Shown: piece by piece, positions 1 to 11,900 of the stretch
How positions within the stretch are numbered: the first letter of the stretch is position 1
How the letters are laid out: each line of letters begins with the position of its first letter
Position numbers and translations under genes: made by a program
From: Octopus vulgaris
Taxonomy: Eukaryota
DNA: 64,000 nt
Assembly (NCBI GenBank): GCA_951406725.2
Contig: OX597823.1
Span: 33,108,001 to 33,172,000 of the forward strand
Direction of reading: 5' to 3'
Notes under the pieces: generated by a model
Databases searched by the model: none
What the model was told of the DNA's origin: nothing
The model's input: only the letters and a program-made list of their open reading frames with translations

Positions 1-169
1 TAGATATTTGTTTTTAAATGAATTTAACTAAAAAAATACTCCAAGTTATATTTTGCCCTTGTAGATTTTAAATGTCTATGTATTCTAGTTAATTTGCCTT
101 AATATTTGATTATTAATTACAGAAAATTATTAGGTTTCACTTATTTCTTTGTTCTTACCTGATTTGTAG

Positions 170-229
170 GTGCATGAAGACACATCGAAAAAATCTGGAT
201 CTACAGCTCGTGACCGTTACACTTTATAG
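170..229 (+). CDS. Probable terminal coding exon of an unidentified + strand gene (VHEDTSKKSGSTARDRYTL*), followed by a long AU-rich 3' UTR-like region
   Basis: Pyrimidine tract plus tttgtag acceptor at 168-169, 20 codons to TAG. Downstream ~1.3 kb is largely transposon-free with poly-T runs and several AATAAA (e.g. 623-628). Frame uncertain: another frame stays open to a TGA near 341. Confidence 0.4.
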   Translation: MHEDTSKKSGSTARDRYTL

Positions 230-2355
230 AAAACCATTGGTGTGTCACAAGTTCTGGTGGCCAGGATTGGGACACACAGCCCTACACACACACATACACA
301 CATTCACACCAGTCTTGCAACACTGGTGTTGCTTGGTGTGAAATGAATTCTTTGACACAAGAAAATGAAGGGAGTTTTCTTCCCTTTACCTGATCCCACT
401 CCCAATTCAAAAATACAAAACAAAAAACACTTTTTTTTAAGGAAAAGTTATTGGCTTTAAACTATGAAAGGTTTGATGAATGAAAGTTGATGTCAGATCT
501 GATTTTGCAGTGTAAGAAGAAAGCTACTTGATTCAGCATACATACACTTCAACCTACAAGAAATACTGTTAAACATTCGCCATTGTTGGCCTGAAAAGGA
601 TTTAATGCCTGCTTTCTTTGATAATAAATGGAAGCAAAAAAACTATTTTGTTGACTCTTATTCCATTTTTGATACTGCATGCTCCTTTCTATAAAACAAA
701 TGTAATTTGATCCATGCATAGCTTCCCTTTAGCAATTATCTGGAGAGATGATATAACGAAGGCTGCTGGTGTCTTGTATTTTCTGCTTTTTTTTTTTTTT
801 TTTTTTTTTGGTTGTAATTTTTTCAGTTTGAAAAAAAAAATGTAATTGCTCACAATTGACTTAACCCATAATAAATAACAGAATATAATGGGGGGGACAT
901 TTACTGTGTTCAGCTTTGATAAGTCTGATTAATATGGACTCAATTGAAATGGCTTGTTGATCACTTGCCAAATAGTTTACACAAGAACAATATAACAATG
1001 TCCTCAGATCTGAGTAAATAATTACAATAACGTTTTTTTTTCCTTTTCCGTTTTTGTTTTTGTATGTGTTGGTCAGAGGCGATTCCTTTTCTCTCTATAT
1101 TTTGAAATGGTCTGTTTGTAAAAGTATGAGGATCAGCACTGTTTACATGTGGTGAGGTGTCATTGTGGTCTCTTTCAAAGCATCATGGTCATAGAAAAGA
1201 TACTTATGTACATGCTGAAGTCATTCATGTAATTATCTGGATTGTCATGTTACCATGCCATATTTATCTAGTTGTTGGGACAATACATGAATAAAATACT
1301 TTATCTTTAACATTTTTTCTCTTCTCTTTTCAAATATACAAGTATTGTATGGTTTGCTTGTAATTTCAAAATGAGCTGTTCTAAAAAAACTGATTGGCTG
1401 TGTTATCCATTGCACTGTTAAACCTATCACCATATTTCTAACAAAATACACAAAATGTATTTCAATTAATTTTCAAAATAAAATTTAGGGTTTGGTAAAA
1501 TAACTTTTTCTGTATCACACTAAATTGGAACTAAGCTTAACAAAATGTCCTTGCATAAAATGAAAGATTTTAGATGTCAATGTCTTGACTCTTTAGCATT
1601 GTTCTGTCAAACAATGCTTATCTTGTAACTTTGAGATTTTTATGGCATTATAGTTTATTTTTAGAATGACACTGTAGGCTATGGCTGACCAGTGTTACAC
1701 TGGTTACTATTGAAAGAGTTTAATTAGTCAATAGCAAGATTTTAATGAAATCCATAATGAAATATATTAGTGTATTGTATTTTAATTTTCAAAGTTAATC
1801 AAATTTGCTAGATTTTCAATATAAGCTCATTATTAATCTAGTTGTTCAGGACCTAACTAATGGTTTTTAAATTATTACAAGTGAAAAAGAGTTTTATCAT
1901 TGACCCAAGGATTATTGTCTCATGTGGATTGCTATCAAAAGGATCTTAAGACTTAAAGAATGTTTTATAAAGTTTTCAATATCTTCCAGTAAATATCTGA
2001 CAATGGCAGAGTTGCTAAGTCTAATTCTATTATAAAGCTAGAACTTGGCTATTATATGGTTATGAGCAGCTCTGAGGTGACTCAGGTTTTCTGGGTAAAA
2101 GATGATCAGCTTTGGGTGTAAAATTTATATACTGAAACCAGTTGAGTTGCACAGAAAAATCGTAAAACTAGACTGATCACTATAAGACTATCTTACTTCC
2201 TTGTAACCACTGTTGCTGCTGCTAATGACTATCCAGTACAATCTACCACAATAAGCCAACCTCACTGCTTGTGTTTACCAGGACACTTTTTATAAAGCTG
2301 TTTCCTTGGCAACAAGCACTATGGAGACAGTTCTAACCTTCAACTGCCTTCATTA

Positions 2356-2389
<34 letters not shown>

Positions 2390-2747
2390 CACGCAGATTA
2401 GGTAGTGCAGCTGGGCATGACTAAGTTTGCTTTGCAATTTGGATCGATTTCTTGTGTTACGGAAATTTCAGGTTCATATGTTTTTATAATAGTTCAAGGT
2501 TCAGTCCCATGGTATGTCTCTGGGCAAGGCAAAAAGCCTTGAGTGGATTTGGTAGATGGAAACTGAAAGATGACTATCATGTGCTTGACATTGTGTGATG
2601 GTTGTTGAGTATTCACTTTTCTGTGAGAATGTCCACTCATGGGGAATTATTACTTTGCTTGGAGATAGAAAGGGCATCCAGCTGTGAACATAACAAAAGT
2701 GCAGTTGAAAAGAATTTTTTTTAAAAACAAATCATTAATTATAAACC

Positions 2748-2753
2748 TTTATT
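2748..2753 (-). promoter_or_regulatory. Candidate HEATR1 polyadenylation signal AATAAA
   Basis: tttatt on + strand, about 28 nt past the TGA stop at 2781-2783. Confidence 0.55.
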
Positions 2754-2780
2754 CTTATTTACAGTTTCCAAATGAAACCC

Positions 2781-2869
2781 TCAGAAATATTTCTGTAAAG
2801 GTTCCCCAAGTGTCTTCTCCATTTCACACAGCACTTGTTGGCATTTCTTTTCTATTGTTTCACACTCAT
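2781..2869 (-). CDS. HEATR1: HEATR1 last coding exon
   Basis: (D)[28 protein letters not shown]; acceptor ttgtag. Confidence 0.96.
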
Positions 2870-5800
2870 CTACAACAAAAACAAAAATATTTTAGTTTTT
2901 GTCCTTAAGTAAAATCCATAAGAAGAATTTCATGAGTTTAGTCAATAAAAAAAAAAAAATTACCTTCCATTAGTTCTGCCAAGAATGGCACAGTCTCAGG
3001 CAGCAGATTTAGATAACTTTCTCCAAGCTTTTTATGTAATTCATTGATCATTGTTAAGCTTGCTAGACGGACCTACAACAAAGAAGTAGTCGTAAGAGAT
3101 AGCACAGTATTTACATTGTCCTCATCTTGTTTGTTGTTAACATGTTTTGGCTGATATCTTCCAGCTGAAACATGTTAACAAAGATGAGGATAAATATCCA
3201 TCAAATGTAAATAATTCCTCATCTCTTAAATATAGAAATATAGTAAGAGAGAGCAATCTTTATAAATTTAACCCAACGAAAAAATATGGGCGAAATTTAG
3301 TCAATGCAAAAAAAAAAAAAAAAAAAAAAAACGCCTAATCACCTGTAGGTGAGCTTCATAAATTCTAATAATTTGGTGTTAGAAAATGGGAAAGACAGCA
3401 TAGCACACAAGACAGAAAATGAGCAATAAAAGAATGAAGGGAGATACAGTGTTTAATGAATTTTAAGAAGCATGGAATTATTGAAGGACAGAATGTCTTG
3501 TCAGTTTAACAATTAATGTGGGTATTTCCATGCTTCAACTTTGTAAAAATGTTTTTGAAAGTGATGGGCACAGCAAGAATAATCTCTCTCAATATAAATT
3601 CTATTGTAACAAACAATTTTCACTGATTAGCAACTAAAGCCTTCATTTAATAAAAAAAAGTTTTTTCTTTAGTAAACTGTAAGCATACTGCTGCACTGAT
3701 TTACAGGACAGGGGAGTTGTAATGTTAAATACCTTCACAAAGGTATTAATTTTGCAATGATATAAAGTTAAGGTACAGGCAATGGGAAGATGTGAATCCT
3801 CTTAACATGGTGGCTGATGTTAGAAAACAGATGGAGAAAATACCTGGTATAAATACTCCCCCTCCTACTACCATTTCTAGATTGAGTAGGGGGGAGGGGC
3901 TTGTCTTGTAAGTTAGTTGATGATCTCATTAGTGCCAGTAACACAAAAGTACCCATTACAAAGCTGAATTAGAGCTCAACATGACTCAGATCCTGTCAAA
4001 ACTGTCCAACCCATGACAGCATGGTAAATGATGAAGAGGTATATACAGCAAGAGAAAAGTAGGTTAAGTAGAAATGAGAGGAAGCTTCTTACATTTACTG
4101 AAGAGTGTTTAGTCTTGAGTAAAACTTGGTAATTGAGAGATTTCCATAATGTGTCATCATGGGTAGCCACAGCCAGCTGGCTTAAACAGGGTATTAAGTG
4201 GTCATTCACACGTTTGTTGTATCTCTTGTCATACATGTTACTGAACTGAAAAATAGAAAACATTGTTTACACTTGAATGCAAACCAAATTTGACTTGTGC
4301 ATGGACGTGTCTACAATTTCACTTCAACAATTGCTCAGCTACAAGCAATGGATGTCATTGACCCCCCCCCTAGCTTTTGAAGACATGTGAAATAAGTGAT
4401 CCCTTGCTTGAAAAATACATGGGCTAGTGACAAGAGCGTCTCTGGCTGTCAAGCAAAAGCTTAATGAACTATCAAATAGCCAGGGTTAAATGCATTTTTG
4501 TCTCGACTCAGAAAGTGTTCATTCAGCTTGAAAGACTTGTTTGACATTCTGATTGAAGTTTTTTTTTTTTTTTTATACAAATATTTCTGAGATAACATAT
4601 TGCAGGTAGTGCCAAGCCCTATAATTCACTCCATAATTGCCCATGGGCATATGGCATAATGGTTAAGAGTGCGGGCTACTAACCCCAAGAGTCCAAGTTC
4701 AATTCCAGGCAGTGACCTGAATAATAATATCGAAAAATACCTTAGGAATGAGAAGCCAGGTTTGAAATTTCCCCAAAACACTTGATGAAGGCTGGAGGGT
4801 ATATCAGCCAAAACGTGTTAACAACAAAGATGAGGACAAATATCTATCAAATATAAATAATGTAGTCACTGATGGATGTCAATATTTAATAACTTTCCCT
4901 TTAACCCTTTCATTACCAACCCAGCTGAAACTGCCTCTGTAGTACAAATGTCTTGTTTTCATAAGTTTTGAATTAAAATCTTCCACCAAACCTTAGTTAA
5001 CATTAAGTTGTTAAGAACATAAATTGTGACTAAGTTATTTTACTAAATTCTTGTTAAATTTTAAATAATGGAAAGAAACACAGAGCATCTTAACAGAAAT
5101 ATGGTAACGAAAGGGTTAACTTGAATAAATATGAAAATTTGATACAATATAAAGGACATAATGGAAATTAATATTTACAAGTCAAATTTTGCAACACCAC
5201 CACATCACATGAAAAAACTAGCAGTTATGAGGTCTCCTTTGAATGACCTTCACATTCCCTGGATTTTATCTAGTGGGGATACCTGAAAGAGAGGGTTTAT
5301 GTCAACAAACCGGAGACCCTGGTGCAACTGAAAGAGAACATCAATAGAAAACTCAGAGAAGTGAGGTCTGAAACTCTTGAGAGTGTGATGGTGCAAGATT
5401 TGGAAAGAGCATGGCCATGTGAAGCAATGTCATTTTTCATGTTATGTAGGGGTGTTGCAAAATTTGACTTGTGCATATTAATTTCCAGTATGTCCTTTAT
5501 ATTGTATCAAAATTTCATGCATTTATTTGTAAAATTCAGAAAGTTATTAAAAGTTTAAACCCATCAGTGACTTTTAGGAAACACTGTACAATATAAATAT
5601 TACACCCACTGATATTGTAATCTAAGAATGTTTCAAGTGTTTGTATAATATTTTAATTGTTGCCTTTAGCATGCATCAGTAAATGTTTTCTTTACAAAGA
5701 AAACATTTACTCCTGTTCAGAATGGCTGAGGAGACCATTTCAGATTGAAACACTTTGCCTGAATCATTCACTGGCATTCTGAATGAAACCCTGTGTCGGA

Positions 5801-8800
5801 GAAGTTTTCCTGAGACAAAATAGCAGCCAGTGTCATTCCACATTTATAAAGACCAATGGTTCTCAACTAGGTCCTTAAGATTTTGTTGTTAAAATTTGTG
5901 CAATAAATTGTTTATACTCCTACAATACACAACATATTTTGACAATTCCCAATAATTCTATAATTCTAAAACTCTAAGATTTTTTAAATATGGAATGGTT
6001 ACAAGGGCCCATCTGAGTAAAATAACAATCAAAAACGGTTGAGAACCACTAGTCTAGACAATATGTCATACACACCAGTGTCTCAATTTAATACAGTTTC
6101 ATGTGTTTATATTAATTTATACAATAGGGCAGCAAGCTGACAGAATCATTAGGATGCTGGGCGAAATGCTTAGTGGTATTTTGTCTGTCTTTACGTTCTG
6201 AGTTCAAATTCCACCAAGGGCGATTTTGCCTTTAATCCTTTCGAGGTTGATTAAATAAGTACCAGTTATGTATTGGGGTCGATGCAGTCGACTTAATCCC
6301 CTCTATGTTTAGCCCTCTGTGGGCAATAAAGAAATATATATTAATTTATCCAATAGGTATTTTAAAAGCCTTCTCCATTACATTTGAAAAACCCTAAGAT
6401 GAAACAGATAAGAAAACCAAAAAAGAACATCTCCAGTTTCAGTAACTATATATGTAGTATGTAATAGACTAAATAGTGTGTTGTATGTTTATTATATATT
6501 GTATATCTAGTTTAATTGATAGAATATATCTAGTTGTTAACTGTAGTTGATTAATAGTGAAAATCTTACCTGGTCAACAAGAGGAGTCATCAATAGGTCA
6601 AAACTTTCTTTATTTACAAAACCATCAGTATCATAGAGGAAGCATTTGTGTGCACAGTCTATGACATAGATGAGCAAGGTGGACATGTATTTCTTCCATT
6701 GTAGGTCTAAAGAGAAACGGTAAAGAGATGGGAAACATTTCTGTCAAAATGGTTAAAACATCAACAGTTGTCTTATTAACGTCAGATTTTTTGTTCGTTA
6801 GAGTTTTGCTTTTCTTTAGTTCAGGGGAGGGAGTTGTGAGAGTAATTGGTTTTAACTAATTGATCTACTTTCAATTGTCGAATAAAAATGTTATGTGTCA
6901 GCCAAATAGACTGAGGCAAACCGACTTAAGTGGTTTGTCAAGAATTATATACTAGTAAAGTTTGAACTGAAGACCATGTAGTCAGTCCTACAGTACCTTG
7001 ACCACATAACCGCTATGTGGTCAGTAGAAAAGTCCTTTAAACTCTTTCTCGACCATATTTCTGCTAAAATGCACTGCTTTTGTTTTGATTAAATTTGAAA
7101 ATAATGAAGAATTTAATAAAATAATTTTGTCATTATTAAGCCAATGTTTGGAACATAAATTAACATGTTATCTTAAGGGAAAGTTCTAATCTCAGTAATT
7201 CTTAGGCTGGTTGCTATCAGCAGGGTTAAAATATGACAGAATGATTGACGGTTCAACCCAGTCATTAAATAAAAAGGTTTGCACCTTTGGTTTTGGAGGA
7301 TTGCATGAAGGGTGAATTTTTTTTTTTAAAGTGTACAAAAGTGGTTGCTTGATCTGCTACAAATAATAACCAAACCACCTTCAAATTAGTAGTTAGGATG
7401 GTTATGTGTAGGGGTGTCAGTAAAATAACGGTCTGCATATACTACCAATATCAACAAAGTACTTGACTCCATTTCTTGGAGCCTTCCCATTCTTTGTTAT
7501 AACCTCCTTATTAGTAATAACGGTCTCTGACATTGACACAAAATATTAAATACATTGAAGAAATGATATAAAATGCAAAACTCCACAAGGGTGTCACCAT
7601 GTAATTGTTTATGGAAATATAGACTGGATGTCCTACTTATCACTAACCAGATACACATCACATACAGACACATCCCAAGCACCCCGGAGAACTACAACAA
7701 CTCTAGCTCTCTCACACAATCCAGACATATCCCAAGCACTCTGGAGAACAACTACAACACCATCACTAACAACATCCAGACTCATCTCCAATACTTGAGA
7801 GAACTACATCATCTCCTTTACATAGTCTAGACATACCCTCAGCATGCTTGAATACTATAAAACCACCCTTGTAACTCTAAACTCTCTCTTACACAGACCA
7901 AACACATCCCCTAACATCTTAAAAAATTACTACGTCATCCTAATAAATCTACCTTTCTCACTTCAGGCCAAACTAAAATATAAACATCATCTTGGTTGCT
8001 CTCAAAATCTAGATTTATACAAAAATAGACTGGACAGTGGGAACAAGTAACATGACCACTAGACTGGAAATAACAACCATCACTGCATGTCGGATGGTAC
8101 AGTGTAGCCCCTAACTAAGTGGAGTATGGTTTATTGTTACCTCCATGGAAAACATTTAGCTTTTTGATTGTTAATGCAGATATGTTCTATTAGGGCTGAT
8201 TTGGAATTTATAAAACAGAACAAAACAAAAAGAAACTGCTCCAGTTGGCCTGAATGACAAAGCTAGTACCAACTACTTCTTCAGAATTGCATGGTGAACC
8301 GAGGTAAGCGTTAGCACTCAGCTGTAAAAACCACTGCTCACAGTAATAAACTGGCATGGAAATATAGTAAAATGGTTAGAAAGAACAGAAATGAAGAAAC
8401 ATAAAACCAACCTGGATTTTTGTCTTTGTTATATTGGTCCAATACTTCAGCCATATGTTTGACGATGTGGCCAGCAAAAATGAGGAAGAGACTTCGAAGA
8501 CTGACAGCAAGGCTAAAGAAAGTGGGACAGTGGAGGAATATATTGTATTTTGTTGAAGCTTATATATATATATGAGAGTATTGTAGTTCGCTTGAAGCAT
8601 TGTGTATTGTTTGTAAAGAATAAAATGTTTTGAATGACACTATAATACAAACAATATAGCAGTGACTCGATCAATTCCTAGGGATATCTGAAGAAGGAAT
8701 TTTTATTCCAAAATATCATATCAGACTATGGATGATTAAATTATAACAGTTCTTATAGTCCATTGTTGTGTCATTCAAAATATTTTATTCTTTACAATAT

Positions 8801-8868
8801 ATATATATATATATATATAGTTTTTGTGATATTTTTGCTGCTTTTTAATAAAGCATATTACTACTTCT

Positions 8869-8904
<36 letters not shown>

Positions 8905-11900
8905 CTTTAACAAAATCCAATAGCAACATAGTCAGAAAATTAAAATAAAATACAATAAAATATGGATTTTCACCTATTCTGATGATAAGTATTCCAGTTG
9001 TTCAATCAACTCATTCTATTAGCTTGAAGTGGCTGAGTATTCCAGACATGTGTACCCTTAATGTTATCTTTAAACAAAAACTGGTGTGACACAGTGTAAC
9101 AAAGCCGAGTCATTGAATTACAGCTTCAGTCCATCTGACAGATTCTTAAAAGTTTTTTTTACCACCGGTGCCCTTACCATCATTGTTTTAATGATCAGTT
9201 TCCATGCTTGCAAGAGTTGGATACAATTCTTTGAGGCAGATTTTCTGCAGTCAGATGCCCTGTTAATTGCCAACCCTTAGTTGTTTCAAAGTAATACTCC
9301 CTCCCTTACTTGGATTGACCTGAAGCTCTGGTAAATGGGACATACTCAATATGCCATGAAGTAGGATTGAACCCGAAGCCTCATCATTGCAAAGCAAGCA
9401 GTTTGATTGTGCTGTATCTAAAATGGTAACACATATAATGGTGGGATGTGATGGCATATTTTAGACCTCATAATCTTTTTGAGGACTAAGAATGTTAGCT
9501 TTATATAATAAAAGAGTTGTTTGTCTTGTCTTTGGTTAAAATAAAAAAAGGCCTAGATATATTATTGTATTTATATTTAATCAGGGATTGAATCTTTTGT
9601 GAAATATAAGCCAAGTCCTGTGTACTCACCTCTCAGCCAATCGATAGAACACCAACACACGTAATTTATTGGTTTTGTCGGACACACACCAGTTAAAAAA
9701 CTAGAAAATATAATTTACATATAAATAATTTATGGTTTATAACATTGTATTAACCATAATAATAATAATAATAATAAAAAAACTAATGTCATCCCAGTAG
9801 TTGTAGGGGTACTGGGAGCACTAACAACCAGGTTTGAGAAATATGTTAGAGAAATTGGGATTGACGTGAGGGTAGAATATGCTCAGAAAAGAGCAAAGGT
9901 TTTGAGATTGGTACTTGGGTGTTAAGTGTTGTGAAAAGACACCCTGTGACACCTTTGACAACAGGTTACTGTTTGCTCTTAAAGAATTAACTGGAGCAAG
10001 GAAAATTGAGAGCTCGGAGAAGTTAAATGAAAACAAGCACTCAGTGAGCGCAAACCTACGCCAAGGCAACACCAACGTCCTCTCAACGATTAGCCAGAGA
10101 TGATTTTCAAAGTGAGAATATCTGAAATAAACTCGACTGCTCTCACAAACGAAAATACCAAAAATGAATCCGACTGCTCTCAAAAATTAAGTGAAAAGAA
10201 AAAAACGAAAAATAATCCAGAATCCCAAAATCTAACCAGTTTGTGCCAGTCATGAGATCAAACATTCCTGAAAGTTTCATCCGGACCCATCCAGTGGTTC
10301 TTGAGATATCTTGACCACAGACAAACAAACAAACATGACTGAAAACAATACCTCCAACCTTTGCTAAGGCAGAGGTAATAATAAATAATTACTTCTGATT
10401 TAAGCATAAGGTCTAGACAATATGTCATACACACCAGTGTCTCAATTTAATACAGTTTCATGTGTTTATATTAGTTTATACAGTAGGGCAGCAAGCTGAC
10501 AGAATCATTAGGATGCTGGGCGAAATGCTTAGCGGTATTTTGTCTGTCTTTACGTTCTGAGTTCAAATTCCGCCAAGGTCAATTTTGCCTTTAATTCTTT
10601 CAAGGTTGATTAAATAAGTACCAGTTATGCATCGGTGTCAATGTAGTCGACTTAATCCCTTGTTTGTCCCCTCTTTATTCAAGTTAACCCTTTCATATAT
10701 AATGATGTCTTTTGTTAGAAATGAAAAGAGAAAACAGAAATAAGTGAGTCTTCAGTAAAAATGGCAACAGAGAAAATTATTATATAAACTATTTGCAGTT
10801 CTTGATCATTACTACATTAACCCTTTTGTTACCATATTTCTGTTAAGATGCTCTGTGTTTCTTTCCATTATTTAAAATTTAACAAGAATTTAGTAAAATA
10901 ACTTAGTTAACATTAAGTTGTTGTTAAGAACATAAATTGTGACTAAGGTTTGGTGGAAGATTTTAATTCAAAACTTATGAAAACAAGACATTTGTACTAC
11001 AGAGCCAGAGGCAGTTTCAGCTGGGTTGGAAATGAAAGGGCTAAAGGGAAAGTTATTAAATATTGACATCCATCAGTGACTACATTATTTACATTTGATG
11101 GATATTTGTCCTCATCTTTGTTGTTAACACGTTTTGGCTGATATACCCTCCAGCCTTCATCAAGTGTTTTGGGGAAATTTGAAACCTGGCATCTCATTCC
11201 TAAGGTATTTTTCGATATTATTATTATTCAGGTCACTGCCTGGAATTAAACTTGGACTCTTGGGGTTAGTAGCCCGTGCTCTTAACCATTACTCCATATG
11301 CCCATGGGCAATTATGGAGTGAATTATAGGGCTTGGCATTACTACCTATTGATTATATATTATTTTATCAACCCTGGAGGGAGATAAAATAAAGTTGATT
11401 TCAGCAGAATTTGAACCTAGAATGCAAAACATAGTTATCTGACAATCACATTTTATGTATTGCAGTCAATAAAATGTTAAAAAAACAAACAAACAAAAAA
11501 AAAACAAAAACAGAGAGCTGTACTGTGGCAACCTGGTTAATGACACAGTTCACCTATATACACGTACAGTTGAATTATGTCAGTGACTAATTTATAGATG
11601 CACAATGAGAAAATGTTATGACACTTTAAAGTAAACAATATTGTCAAGAAATAAAACAAAAGGTTGAATATAACAATATATATACACACACGTGTATATG
11701 TGTGTGTGTAGGTTAAATGGTCATCATGTCACATTCTTAATTTAATTGTTTTAGCTTCAACAGTTTCAGGTCAAGTCACTCGACAAACAAGTATAAACCA
11801 GAAATTCGCTCATTCATTCATTTTACATCTGTTTCTCCACACTAGTATGGGTTAGGTGAATATATAGATTCAAGCAGCATGTGCTATCTCTTCACCCATC

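Noticed and set aside
4647-4712. tRNA gene
   Set aside because: A and B boxes are present but there is no complete cloverleaf or acceptor stem; it is a SINE-type head.
7640-7930. CRISPR-like repeat-spacer array
   Set aside because: Eukaryotic intron, degenerate units, no cas genes; an ordinary minisatellite.
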